Shown piece after piece: positions 51,905 to 64,000 of a stretch of DNA of 64,000 bases. The position numbers and the translations under genes are program-made. Source of the DNA: Raja brachyura (taxonomy: Eukaryota). The stretch covers positions 23,994,001 to 24,058,000 of the forward strand of contig OY740789.1 of assembly GCA_963514005.1 (NCBI GenBank). Reading direction: 5' to 3'. The notes beneath the pieces were generated by a model. It made no database searches. It had not been told where the DNA came from and worked only from the letters and a program-made list of their open reading frames with translations. The stretch's first letter is position 1. Each line of letters starts with the position of its first letter.

Positions 51905-54900
51905 TATTCAATCAGTACTTTCCTAGAACTGCAGTGGTATTGGAGAACTAGCAGATCAGAGCTAATACTGTTCCACCCAGTGCCAATTATCAAGTTGTTT
52001 GCCCGGCTGCAGAGATTGTTGCTCACCTAGCTTAGTAATGCTTCACACTTCTTACTGTCCACATACTAAGGAAGTGAACAGGCCTGGTAATGTGACAAGG
52101 GATGAATTGGTTACCTACCGATTATGATGACTTGTTTTTTGCCGTTACATGTGATGCATGATTTAAAAATACCCATCAGTCCTTGTTTTTCTTCAAAACA
52201 GGCCTCTAGAAATACTACCCTTCAGGCAAGAGCATAGTTAATTATGTATTTGCAGTCAACAAATGTAAAATGTAGACCGAAATGCCACAGAACAGAAATT
52301 TATTATCTTTAAACAATAAAAGCAAATTACAGAACCGGAATAATAATGCTCCATAAATTTTATTTTGAACTACAAAAAATGCAACTTGTAATATTGAAAA
52401 ACCATCATGTCTGTAAACTTCAATTGAAAAGCATGGAGTACTAAGGTTTCAACAAATTGAGCTGCTCATCTTTTTAAAAAAAAGATATAACACTATTTTA
52501 TTCCGCTGTGGCAGGGTGTTACTTTGTAAACATTGCCAATTCCATTTACACTGTTATACATCTGTATAAAATGATATATAATACACAATGTAAAGTATAT
52601 GATATCATATTATATAACATCACAAAGCAGATAAAAATATAAGTGGCCAAACTGTCAAGGTATTTGATGCTTAATGGGTTTTGCCCTTATTTTTATTGGT
52701 ATGTATATCGATTGATGATAGCACTGTATCTTAAAGTGAATGATGTGAAAGAAACTTGATGATAGATTGTTAATCAAAATACGTTGACAAGATGAAAAGA
52801 GCAAACTTTACAACAGGGATGAAGAAACATGGTGAAGAACATCTAATTCAGAGGAGCTTTTAGTCTTTAGAGGACTTTTTTGTACATGAATTTGACAGTA
52901 TTTTGGAAATTCAACTCAAAATTAAGTTTAAATAAGAAGAAAGATCAGTTAAGTTTGAGTTTTTATTTGAGTGAAAAGCGTTTGTTCAGCCCTATGAGCC
53001 CTGCAGTATTTTAGCTGTCAGTCATCATCTTTTCTCCCTCTCCACTGTTTTAGTTCAGGTTGAGTGACACAAGCCTGTCCAATTTTATAAGAAAGCACAG
53101 ATTATATGTATTCGGGTACTGTAAAATATCAGTCTTTGAAATATGCAATGTATATGTTTTATGACTAGAAATCAGAAAGTTGTTGCACGTAAATACAGCT
53201 ATTGTGCTTTCAGTGCAGAATCATTATTTATGTACAAATTAAAGGACCACCACAGGGAATTCTGAGCCCTTTTCCTATAATTTCATAATAAAAGAGCATG
53301 GAATACTGAAGTAGCTCTGGAAATTCTTCTACAGCAACATTATTTTTACTTTTCACCAGAATTGATCATTTATTTTCAAGTGCTAGCAGAATATCTGTGG
53401 AATTGATGAGTCTGAAGTTACGTTACACAGTAAATTCATTACTCATGACTTTATAGTCCCATTAAGGTGGAGGGTGACTGGTTTACAGAAAGACGTTTGT
53501 GACAAACTGGAGATGGACACACAATGGTGGAGTAACTCAGCGGGACAGGCTGCATCTCTAGAGAGAAGGAATGGGTGACGTTTCGGGTCGAGACTGGAGC
53601 TGGATTTAATGTGCTCGGTGCTTTAGGACCATAAAATATAACTCTGCTGTCCCCTGAAAACAGGTGTAAGTATTACAATCCATGATGAACATGTGCTGAT
53701 TGATCACAGCTCAAGAACGTGCCGCTGCCCGCTGGTTATAATTGTTTCACCATCTTGGCCACATTAATTGTGCAGTTCCTTCGCGGAATACATTGGCAGG
53801 AGGTCAATGGGCAACCTTGAATTCAAGCTGGCTTGCTGAAGGGGGAGTGGCTTGTCACTGTGGTGGGATCTGGTGGTCATTCCGTAGGTGAATTAAAATT
53901 GAAAGCACTAAAAGTTAACATAACATGGGAGGGAGCAGGTTCCAAGGTTTTCAGACCTGCCCTGGAAGGTTTAATGGAGACTGGATCTCGAACCACAGGG
54001 TCACAAGAGGACCTCCTGATACGGGGCAATGAAAACAGATCACATCAGATATCTATCATGCCTGAATGCTCCCAGACAAATTCAATGGTCTCGCAGTGCA
54101 GGCATTATCAAATTTAATGTTCTAGCAACTGCTTTATCCATCTCCATCATGATATTACCAATTACTTCAAATGCAAAGGGAATGGTTCCAAGTGTCTCTG
54201 TGCTTGATTTATGTCCAGCATGTACAAGATCAAAAGTGGTGTTTGCTGGAGAGATGATCTTCAAAACTGCAATGCCGACTTCACAAATAACACTGAACCG
54301 CTAGCTCTGTACATCACAGATGAACATTTGCTACTCATAAACTAATGCCTAATGCTAATAATATTCAGTGTCATTCCTCCCACAAGTCCCATTTTGGAGC
54401 TCTTATGGCCAAATGAAAAAGAAAATAAGTGCTTAAAATACTAATTTCCCTTTGACTCCCAGGCCCAAACATTTTTTTTGATTCCTAATAAGGAAAATAT
54501 TTTTTCTTTTTCACTGCCCAGTTACAGATCAATGCTGGAATCCAAGACTTTAAACTCAACAGGTTCATAGTTTTAGAATTTAGAGTTGAGAGATACAGCA
54601 TCAAGCAGGTACTTTGACATAATAGGTTTCTCTCAGCTACTTTTCATCTCACCTGACATCAATGGTTTCCACTTTCCCTCATGAGAGTACTAAGTCCAGT
54701 AATTTGCTAGTTTGCCAAATCAATTCTGGAGCTCAAGGTGTGAGACTCCATGAGTACAAATGTGGATTAGATCATTTCAGGAATATGAAAATATAGATTT
54801 AAATTATAATGCTCTCAGTTCAAACTCCAAGTGTTTCTTAAGGTAATTACATGTTAAATGTTCCATTAAATTGCCGAGAAGTAAAAGTGAAGAAACTTAC

Positions 54901-55744
54901 CGCCCCGATAATTGTACCTTGAGCTTTGGGTATTAAGATTCTGTTCCCCTTTGGATCAATTAGTCTGCACCTTTCCTTTTCAAAGTTCTGATTTAAATTT
55001 CAGTGCATAAACTTTTGAAACTGGATTTTTAAATACAACAACTCAGCTGAATTAATGGACATCCATTTGCCCTTGATTAAAGGATTTATTATTTGAATTG
55101 TTCACCTTTCTTTGCATGCCACATTTATAAATATATTGTTGACAGAAATCGACTAGTAGTCTTCTATTATCTAATTCACCTGAGAGGGGATCTCAATATT
55201 TTTATTCTCTGCCATGGAACTGTGTGTAGCTTTGGGCACGAGTATTTCTTGCTTTAGGTCCATTGGACTTTAAATAAATTATTGGCCCTGTGCTGGAGGA
55301 TTTGTACAATGGAGAAGATGCAGAGATAGTTAGATACCACAAAATGGAAGATATTTATATTATGTCAATAAGGGGGAAGGCAGAGAAGATTTAAAGATCT
55401 TGAAGGGTGAAAGTAGAACAGAGTGAAATGTTGGAAAGGAAGTTGATGAAATGGGGGGTTGTGAATGGGACAGCTGAGAATAGGTTTAAGATTTTTAAAA
55501 AAAAAATCAAATTTGGAAACAATGGCCCATAATAAACAAAGAAACAAATCTAAAATTCTTAGTTGTTCAAGTAAAAGTGTGAAGATATTTACACTGTCTG
55601 CAGCCCCTCACAACCCTTTTTCTTCAGATCAATGAAGACTTTCCTGTTCAGGCTTAATTTGGAATATTTGAACAAATGCCCATCTTAACCTAATGCTTGG
55701 TGCCAATGAGTCAATTGTTTGAACAGAATTAAGAAACACCATCA

Positions 55745-55845
55745 AGCAAAGCCACAAAGTGCCGGAGTGACTCAGCAGGTCAGGCAGAATCTCTGGAGAA
55801 CATGTGTAGGTGATGTTTCGGGCCGGGACCCTTCTTCAGACTGAC
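55745..55845 (-). mobile_element. Solo pLTR fragment with a hammerhead motif (55812-55839)
   Basis: Minus strand CTGAAGA-A-GGGTC-CC-GGCCC-GAAAC-ATC. Confidence 0.7.
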
Positions 55846-56153
55846 AAATCTGGGACTTCAAGCTTGCTCACACTGACACAAGAGATTGACAGCTGTTATA
55901 TATGGACCTGTCGCCATTTCCCAAATTCACATATTATACTGGCTTGTCTGTCAGCACTCTAATACAATTTCAGCAAAATTTGCCTGAATATGTGACAAAA
56001 CAAATATCAGCAGATTCACCAGTCATAACTGAAAACCTTGAAGATTCTTCTGCAAGAGGTTTCTGACTAGAGGCATGACAGAATGGACTGATTTGAATAA
56101 CATTTGGGGATGTTGATTAATATAAACAAACTGCTGGCAGAACTCAATAGGTC

Positions 56154-56743
56154 AGTATAGAAGTTGGGATGTAATGTTGAAATTGTACAAGGCATTGGTG
56201 AGGCCAATTCTGGAGTATGGTGTACAATTTTGGTCGCCAAATTATAGGAAAGATGTCAACAAAATAGAGAGAGTACAGAGGAGATTTACTAGAATGTTGC
56301 CTGGGTTTCAGCACCTAAGTTACACAGAAAGGTTGAACGAGTTAGGTCTTTATTCTTTGGAGCACAGAAGGTTAAGGGGGGACTTGATAGAGGTCTTTAA
56401 AATTATGAGAGGGATAGACAGAGTTGACATGGATAAGCTTTTTCCATTGAGAGTAGGGAAGATTCAAGCAAGAGGACATGATTTGAGAATTAAATGACAT
56501 AAGTTTAGGGGTAACATGAGGGAGAACGTCTTCACTCAGAAAGTGGTAGCTGTGTGGAATGAGCTTCCAGTGGAAGTGGTGGAGGCAGGTTCGATTTTAT
56601 CATTTAAAAATGAATTGGATAGGTACATAGACGGGAAAGGAATGGAGGGTTATGAGTGCAGGTAGATGGGACTAGGTGTGAATAAGTGTTCGGCATGGAC
56701 TAGAAGCGCCGAGATGGCCTGTTTCTGTGCTGTAATTGTTATT

Positions 56744-56748
<5 letters not shown>
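56154..56748 (+). mobile_element. CR1 LINE 3' end
   Basis: LYKALVRPILEYGVQFWSP...RRLRGDLIEVFKIM. Confidence 0.92.
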
Positions 56749-56827
<79 letters not shown>

Positions 56828-56834
56828 GTATATG
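56749..56834. repeat. (TA)n microsatellite at the CR1 tail
   Basis: ~36 TA units directly visible. Confidence 0.98.
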
Positions 56835-56835
56835 T

Positions 56836-58040
56836 CAAGTAGCATCTTGGGAGGGAAATGAACAACATTGTGAATCCAGATCCTTCATCTGGACAGAAAG
56901 AATAGATGAGAGATAACCTGCATAAAGAGGTGGGACAAGAGCTGGCAGACAATTGCCAGCTAGATCCAGGTGAGGACGGCTTGATTGGAACATGGAGGCT
57001 GAGGGGAGAGAGGATGATGGAGATAGTGAGTGGGATGTGATAAGCAGAGACAACAAAGCTCTGCAGATTATGGAATCAGATCGAAAGGAAGAGCAAAGCA
57101 GATAAGATAGGGATGGTGGCAGATATGAACAGTAGGGAGGGGTGGGGTAGGAAATTGGGGGCCATGTGGCATGGTATATGGGGGATGGGCGGATCGAGTT
57201 GGTGGGGAGGAGGAAATTGGCTGGAGGGGGGGTGGCGAGTTTGGAAGAAGGGGATGTGTGAGAGGTAATCAAAAGAGGGAAGGAAGTTACAGAGGGAGTT
57301 GGGTTACTTTAAATTGGAGTATTCAAAGTTCATGGCTTGGTTTTAGACTGCAAAGGCAGAATATGAAGTAGTTTAGCTTAGTTTAGTTAATTGTCACGTG
57401 TACCAAGATAAATTGAAAAGCTTTTGCTGCGTGCTAACCAGTCATCGGAAAGACTGTACATGATCACAATTGAGCCATCCACAGTGTACAGGTACATGAT
57501 AAAGGGAGTAACGTTTAGTTAAGCTAAAGTATGAAGTCCTAGTTTGCGTTTGGATTTATTGTGGCGGTGGAGAAGCCAGAGGACAGACAGGTTGGATTGG
57601 GAATGGGAAGAGGAATTAAAATGGCTTCCAAATTGGAATGCTAGAAGGTCATTGCCGACAGGCTACATGCGCTCAGCAAAGAGGCCACCTGATCTGTGCG
57701 TGGGTGCGAGATGGAGGGGGCCACAGTCGAGAGCATTCAATGCAAATGATGAAGTAGAGGAGTTGCATGTGAATCTCCATCTCATCTGGGAGGGCTATTG
57801 AGATTCCTGGATGGAGTTGAGGGAGGACATGTGGGGACAGGCATTACACCTCCTAACCTTGCAAGAGGAAGTGGCTGGGGAAGAGGAGGAATGGGTGCAG
57901 AAGGAGGCTTGAACCTGGATGTAACAGAAAGGGTGGTCCTGCAGACAAGGGTGGGGAGGGGAAGGAGTGACTAATAGACAGTTCAGGTTGTAGCTGATGG
58001 AAATGTTGAAGAATAGGTGCAGAGGCTAGTGTGGTGAAGA
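56836..58040 (-). mobile_element. Old diverged PLE 3' half, with a 160-bp LINE-tail insert (57370-57529)
   Basis: Similarity to 20340-21070 (gaatgggaagaggaattaaa, gatgaagtagaggagttgcatgtgaatct); insert flanked by TATGAAGT. Confidence 0.7.
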
Positions 58041-58044
58041 GTAA

Positions 58045-58259
58045 AGGGCCTGTCCCACTTTCACAACCTAATTCACAACCTTTGCCGATTTTGACCTTGA
58101 CTCATACTCGCAGCATGGTCGTCACAAGGTCGTAGGAGGTCGTAGGTAAGCCCTAGGTACTCCTAGCATCAAGTAGTTCGGGGTGTTTTTCTAGCCTGAT
58201 GAAAAATGCCCACGAGTAATAAAGGTCATGAATTAGGTCGTGAAAGTAGGACAGGCCCT
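58045..58259. mobile_element. PIF/Harbinger-type MITE (internal type D)
   Basis: TIR AGGGCCTGTCCCACTTTCACAACCTAATTCA / TGAATTAGGTCGTGAAAGTAGGACAGGCCCT; perfect TAA TSD. Confidence 0.88.
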
Positions 58260-59377
58260 TAACGATCAACTCTTGTTCTGAATGTGAATCTCTGTCTTAC
58301 TCGAAAAGGATGTTTCATATGAATTTTGTGGGATTGAGCAGCAGTTTTCAACTTTGATAGAAAACTGGTGGGATTGGATCGACAGTTCATTATTCATCCT
58401 ATCCAAGTTTTTGGGAAAGAAAATAATCAGTATCTGCAATGAACAGCTAACGAGAGACAACTTGTAGCGATGTTACAAAATCTACCTTCAGCGGCGCTTC
58501 AGTTCTGCCACTGGCCGTGCGTGCGACTTTGGCGCCTTTGAGGGGAGCGGGGCATGATTAAATGCAGGTTTGTATCGCTTGTCGGAGAGGGATTTCCTCG
58601 AGCTGTTAGTGGATGAAGAAAAATCGATCGGACTTCCGTTCCCGTTTTTTTAAATAAAAAAATCACTGGAAAATTTAATCGCTGGATTAAAGTAACAAGT
58701 GACTTTGAACGCCCTCAACGTTTACATCGTAGTTTATTTCACATATAATCTTGCATCTTGGGTGGCTTTAATCTAATTTTATGACGCAAAAATGTTATTT
58801 GGGCCTCATATGAACCGGCAGTGTCTTTGCCTGCCAATATGGGGTTTAAATACATGGCAATGGCAACGTTCCACTCGATCGCATTCCAGAAACACCCACT
58901 CGCAAGGTGATTTAAATCCTCTTTTTTTTTGGACACTCATGTCATAATACCATCAAAATCATCTATATTTTGTGTAATTGACGATCCACAATCAGTATAT
59001 CACTAAAAGTCTGATTTTGACCACTTTTGGCTGACTGTGGGGTAATTTCAGAGAGAACACCGCCACCTATGGCCATCATTTTTAGCCAGCTCGCTCAGAG
59101 CCGCCCTCTGCCTTCCTGGACCTTCCTGATTTTTCCCATCGATGAAAAATCAGACAGATATTAATGTTTTTTTTAAATTCGCCATTCTCTCTGCTGCCCC
59201 TGCTGGAGGGAAGTGGAGGGACTATAAAACCAGGAATTGGTGTACCTCGCTCAGTCTCTGCAAGATGGAGGAAGCCAGAGGTTCACGTATCTCTGAGCTC
59301 TGAATAGCACTGAACATATGTCTACTGAACTGTGTGTGCCCTTAATGTGGTATGAAAATAAAAATATGGTTGGTTTA

Positions 59378-62300
59378 AAGTAAAAAAGCACTGCCTGCAA
59401 ATGTTTGTTTGGGTGCTTTGGGTTAAAGTTAAAAGGCAAAACTGAAAATGGTGGCTTGGGTGCTTTGGGTTGAAGTGAAAAGGCACTACTGCAAATGTTT
59501 GTTTTGGTGCTTTGGGTTGAAGTGAAAAGGCACTACTGCAAATGGTGGCTTGGGTGCTTTGGGTTGGTGAAAAGGCACTACTGCAAATGGTGGCTTGGGT
59601 GCTTTGGGTTGAAGTGAATAGGCACTACTGCAAATGGTGGCTTGGGTGCTTTAGGTTGAAGTGAAAATGCACTACTGCAAATGTTGGCTTGTGTGCTTTG
59701 GGTTGAAGTGAAAAGGCACTACTGCAAATGGTGGCTTGGGTGCTTTGGGTTGAAGTGAAAAACACTACTGCAAATGGTGGCTTGGGTGCATTGGGTTGAA
59801 ATGAATAGGCACTACTTAAATGGTGGCTTGGGTGCTTTGGGTTGAAGTGAATAGACACTACTGCAAATGGTGGCTTGATTGCTTTGGGTTGAAGTGAAAA
59901 TGCACTAATGCAAATGGTGGCTTGGGTGCTGTGGGTTGAAGTGAAAAGGCACTACTACAAATGGTGGCTTGGGTGCTTTGGGTTGAAGTGAAAAGGCACT
60001 ACAGCAAATGGTGGCTTGGGTGCTTTGGGTTAAAGTGAAAAGGCACTACTGCAAATGGTGTCTTGGGTGCTTTGGGTTGAAGTGAAAAGGCACTACTGCA
60101 AATGGTGGCTTGGGTGCTTTGGGTTGAAGTGAAAAGGCACTACTGCAAATGGTTGCTTGGGTGCTTTGGGTTGAAGTGAAAAAGGCACTACTGCAAATGA
60201 TGGCTTGGGTGCTTTGGTTTGAAGTGAAACAGCACTAATGCAAATGGTGGCTTGGGTGCTAGAGTTGAAGTGAAAATGCACTAATGCAAAAGGTGGCTTG
60301 GGTGCTTTGGGTTGAAGTGAAAAAGCACTACTGCAAATGGTGGCTTGGCTGCTTTGGGTTGAAATGAAAAGGCACTATTTAAATAGTGGCTTGGGTGCTT
60401 TGGGTTGAAGTGAAAAGGCACTGCTGCAAATGGTGGCTTGGGTGCTTTGTGTTGAAGTGAAAAGGCACTACTGCAAATGGTGGCTTGGGTGCTTTGGGTT
60501 GAAGTGAAAAGGCACTACTGCAAATGGTGGCTTGGGTGCTTTGGGTTGAAGTGAAAAAGCACCACTGCAAATGGTGGCTTGGGTGCTTTGGGTTGAAGTG
60601 CAAAGGCAACACTGCAAATGGTGGCTTGGGTGCTTTGGGTTGAAGTGAAAAGGCACTACTGCAAATGGTGGTTTGGGTGCTTTGGGTTGAAGTGAAAAAG
60701 CACTACTGCAAATGGTGGCTTGGGTGCTTTGGGTAGAAGTGCAAAGGCAATACTGCAAATGGTGGCTTGGGTGCTTTGTGTTGAAGTGAAAAGGCACTAC
60801 TGCAAATGGTGGCTTGGGTTGAAGTGAAAAGGCACTACTGCAAATGGTGGTTTGGGTGCTTTGGGTTGAAGTGAAAAGGCACTACTGCAAATAGTGGTTT
60901 TGGTGCTTTGGGTTGAAGTGAAAAGGCACTACTGCAAATTGTGGCTTGGGTGCTTTGGGTTAAAGTGAAAAGGCACTACTGCAAATGGTGGCTTGGGTGC
61001 TTTGGGTTGAAGTGAAAAAGCACTATTGCAAATGATGGTGGGTGCTGTGGGTTGAAGTGAAAAGGCACTACTGCCAATGATGGCTTGGGTGCTTTGGGTT
61101 GAAGTGAAAAGGCACTAATGCAAATAGTGGTTTGGGTGCTTTGGGCTGAACGAAAAGGCACTACTGCAAATGGTGGCTTGGGTGCTTTGGGTTGAAGTGA
61201 AAAGGCACTACGGCAAATGGTGTCATTGGGTGCTTTGGGCTGAAGTGAAAAGGCACTACTGCAAATGGTGTCTTGGGTGCTTTGGGTTGAAGTGAAAAGG
61301 CACTCATGCAAATGGTAGTTTGGGTGCTTTGGGCTGAAGTGAAACAGCACTAATGCAAATGGTGGCTTGGGTGCTAGAGTTGAAGTGAAAATGCACTAAT
61401 GCAAATGGTGGCTTGGGTGCTTTGGGTTGAAGTGAAAAAGCACTACTGCAAATGGTGGCTTGGCTGCTTTGGGTTGAAATGAAAAGGCACTATTTAAATA
61501 GTGGCTTGGGTGCTTTGGGTTGAAGTGAAAAGGCACTGCTGCAAATGGTGGCTTGGGTGCTTTGTGTTGAAGTGAAAAGGCACTACTGCAAATGGTGGCT
61601 TGGGTGCTTTGGGTTGAAGTGAAAAGGCACTACTGCAAATGGTGGCTTGGGTGCTTTGGGTTGAAGTGAAAAAGCACCACTGCAAATGGTGGCTTGGGTG
61701 CTTTGGGTTGAAGTGCAAAGGCAACACTGCAAATGGTGGCTTGGGTGCTTTGGGTTGAAGTGAAAAGGCACTACTGCAAATGGTGGTTTGGGTGCTTTGG
61801 GTTGAAGTGAAAAAGCACTACTGCAAATGGTGGCTTGGGTGCTTTGGGTAGAAGTGCAAAGGCAATACTGCAAATGGTGGCTTGGGTGCTTTGTGTTGAA
61901 GTGAAAAGGCACTACTGCAAATGGTGGCTTGGGTTGAAGTGAAAAGGCACTACTGCAAATGGTGGTTTGGGTGCTTTGGGTTGAAGTGAAAAGGCACTAC
62001 TGCAAATAGTGGTTTTGGTGCTTTGGGTTGAAGTGAAAAGGCACTACTGCAAATTGTGGCTTGGGTGCTTTGGGTTAAAGTGAAAAGGCACTACTGCAAA
62101 TGGTGGCTTGGGTGCTTTGGGTTGAAGTGAAAAAGCACTATTGCAAATGATGGTGGGTGCTGTGGGTTGAAGTGAAAAGGCACTACTGCCAATGATGGCT
62201 TGGGTGCTTTGGGTTGAAGTGAAAAGGCACTAATGCAAATAGTGGTTTGGGTGCTTTGGGCTGAACGAAAAGGCACTACTGCAAATGGTGGCTTGGGTGC

Positions 62301-64000
62301 TTTGGGTTGAAGTGAAAAGGCACTACGGCAAATGGTGTCATTGGGTGCTTTGGGCTGAAGTGAAAAGGCACTACTGCAAATGGTGTCTTGGGTGCTTTGG
62401 GTTGAAGTGAAAAGGCACTCATGCAAATGGTAGTTTGGGTGCTTTGGGCTGAAGTGAAACAGCACTAATGCAAATGGTGGCTTGGGTGCTAGAGTTGAAG
62501 TGAAAATGCACTAATGCAAATGGTGGCTTGGGTGCTTTGGGTTGAAGTGAAAAAGCACTACTGCAAATGGTGGCTTGGCTGCTTTGGGTTGAAATGAAAA
62601 GGCACTATTTAAATAGTGGCTTGGGTGCTTTGGGTTGAAGTGAAAAGGCACTGCTGCAAATGGTGGCTTGGGTGCTTTGTGTTGAAGTGAAAAGGCACTA
62701 CTGCAAATGGTGGCTTGGGTGCTTTGGGTTGAAGTGAAAAGGCACTACTGCAAATGGTGGCTTGGGTGCTTTGGGTTGAAGTGAAAAAGCACCACTGCAA
62801 ATGGTGGCTTGGGTGCTTTGGGTTGAAGTGCAAAGGCAACACTGCAAATGGTGGCTTGGGTGCTTTGGGTTGAAGTGAAAAGGCACTACTGCAAATGGTG
62901 GTTTGGGTGCTTTGGGTTGAAGTGAAAAAGCACTACTGCAAATGGTGGCTTGGGTGCTTTGGGTAGAAGTGCAAAGGCAATACTGCAAATGGTGGCTTGG
63001 GTGCTTTGTGTTGAAGTGAAAAGGCACTACTGCAAATGGTGGCTTGGGTTGAAGTGAAAAGGCACTACTGCAAATGGTGGTTTGGGTGCTTTGGGTTGAA
63101 GTGAAAAGGCACTACTGCAAATAGTGGTTTTGGTGCTTTGGGTTGAAGTGAAAAGGCACTACTGCAAATGGTGGCTTGGGTGCTTTGGGTTGAAGTGAAA
63201 AAGCACTACTGCAAATGGTGGCTTGGCTGCTTTGGGTTGAAATGAAAAGGCACTATTTAAATAGTGGCTTGGGTGCTTTGGGTTGAAGTGAAAAGGCACT
63301 GCTGCAAATGGTGGCTTGGGTGCTTTGTGTTGAAGTGAAAAGGCACTACTGCAAATGGTGGCTTGGGTGCTTTGGGTTGAAGTGAAAAGGCACTACTGCA
63401 AATGGTGGCTTGGGTGCTTTGGGTTGAAGTGAAAAAGCACCACTGCAAATGGTGGCTTGGGTGCTTTGGGTTGAAGTGCAAAGGCAACACTGCAAATGGT
63501 GGCTTGGGTGCTTTGGGTTGAAGTGAAAAGGCACTACTGCAAATGGTGGTTTGGGTGCTTTGGGTTGAAGTGAAAAAGCACTACTGCAAATGGTGGCTTG
63601 GGTGCTTTGGGTAGAAGTGCAAAGGCAATACTGCAAATGGTGGCTTGGGTGCTTTGTGTTGAAGTGAAAAGGCACTACTGCAAATGGTGGCTTGGGTTGA
63701 AGTGAAAAGGCACTACTGCAAATGGTGGTTTGGGTGCTTTGGGTTGAAGTGAAAAGGCACTACTGCAAATTGTGGCTTGGGTGCTTTGGGTTAAAGTGAA
63801 AAGGCACTACTGCAAATGGTGGCTTGGGTGCTTTGGGTTGAAGTGAAAAAGCACTATTGCAAATGATGGTGGGTGCTGTGGGTTGAAGTGAAAAGGCACT
63901 ACTGCCAATGATGGCTTGGGTGCTTTGGGTTGAAGTGAAAAGGCACTAATGCAAATAGTGGTTTGGGTGCTTTGGGCTGAACGAAAAGGCACTACTGCAA
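59378..64000. repeat. 47-bp tandem satellite with a 1115-bp higher-order repeat; runs off the window end
   Basis: Monomer GGCACTACTGCAAATGGTGGCTTGGGTGCTTTGGGTTGAAGTGAAAA; variant marker TATTTAAATAG at 60376, 61491, 62606, 63254. Confidence 0.98.

Noticed and set aside
56650-56952. ORF with a YI repeat
   Set aside because: Translation of the (TA)n microsatellite
59378-64000. CRISPR-like array, or repetitive protein ORFs (FNPKHPSHHLQ) on the minus strand
   Set aside because: Monomers are head-to-tail with no unique spacers and no cas genes; the ORFs are by-products of a 47-bp period cycling through frames

Overview
Vertebrate genomic DNA, most likely a cartilaginous fish (skate/ray-like repeat families; inferred, not database-checked). 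The only host coding exon I recognise is the terminal exon of the EAG-family potassium channel KCNH5 (Kv10.2, 43492-44436, +). It is preceded by >43 kb of presumed last intron and followed by 3' UTR/downstream DNA. Almost everything else is transposon-derived: a decayed DIRS tyrosine-recombinase retrotransposon with its ICR/ITR end; many Penelope-like (PLE) copies whose pLTRs carry minimal hammerhead-ribozyme motifs; CR1 LINEs; L1/Tx1 fragments; tRNA-derived V-SINE/HE1-like SINEs; four PIF/Harbinger-type MITEs sharing one terminus; and a hAT (Charlie/SPIN-like) fossil. A 47-bp satellite with a 24-mer higher-order repeat runs off the right end. The most notable signals are (i) twin near-perfect hairpins fused to a sense-strand hammerhead motif about 250-440 nt upstream of the KCNH5 3' splice site, (ii) tiny pLTR/hammerhead inserts with their own target-site duplications, and (iii) the satellite HOR with deletion variants. 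No prokaryote-type system (CRISPR, operon) is present, and no new system is proven.
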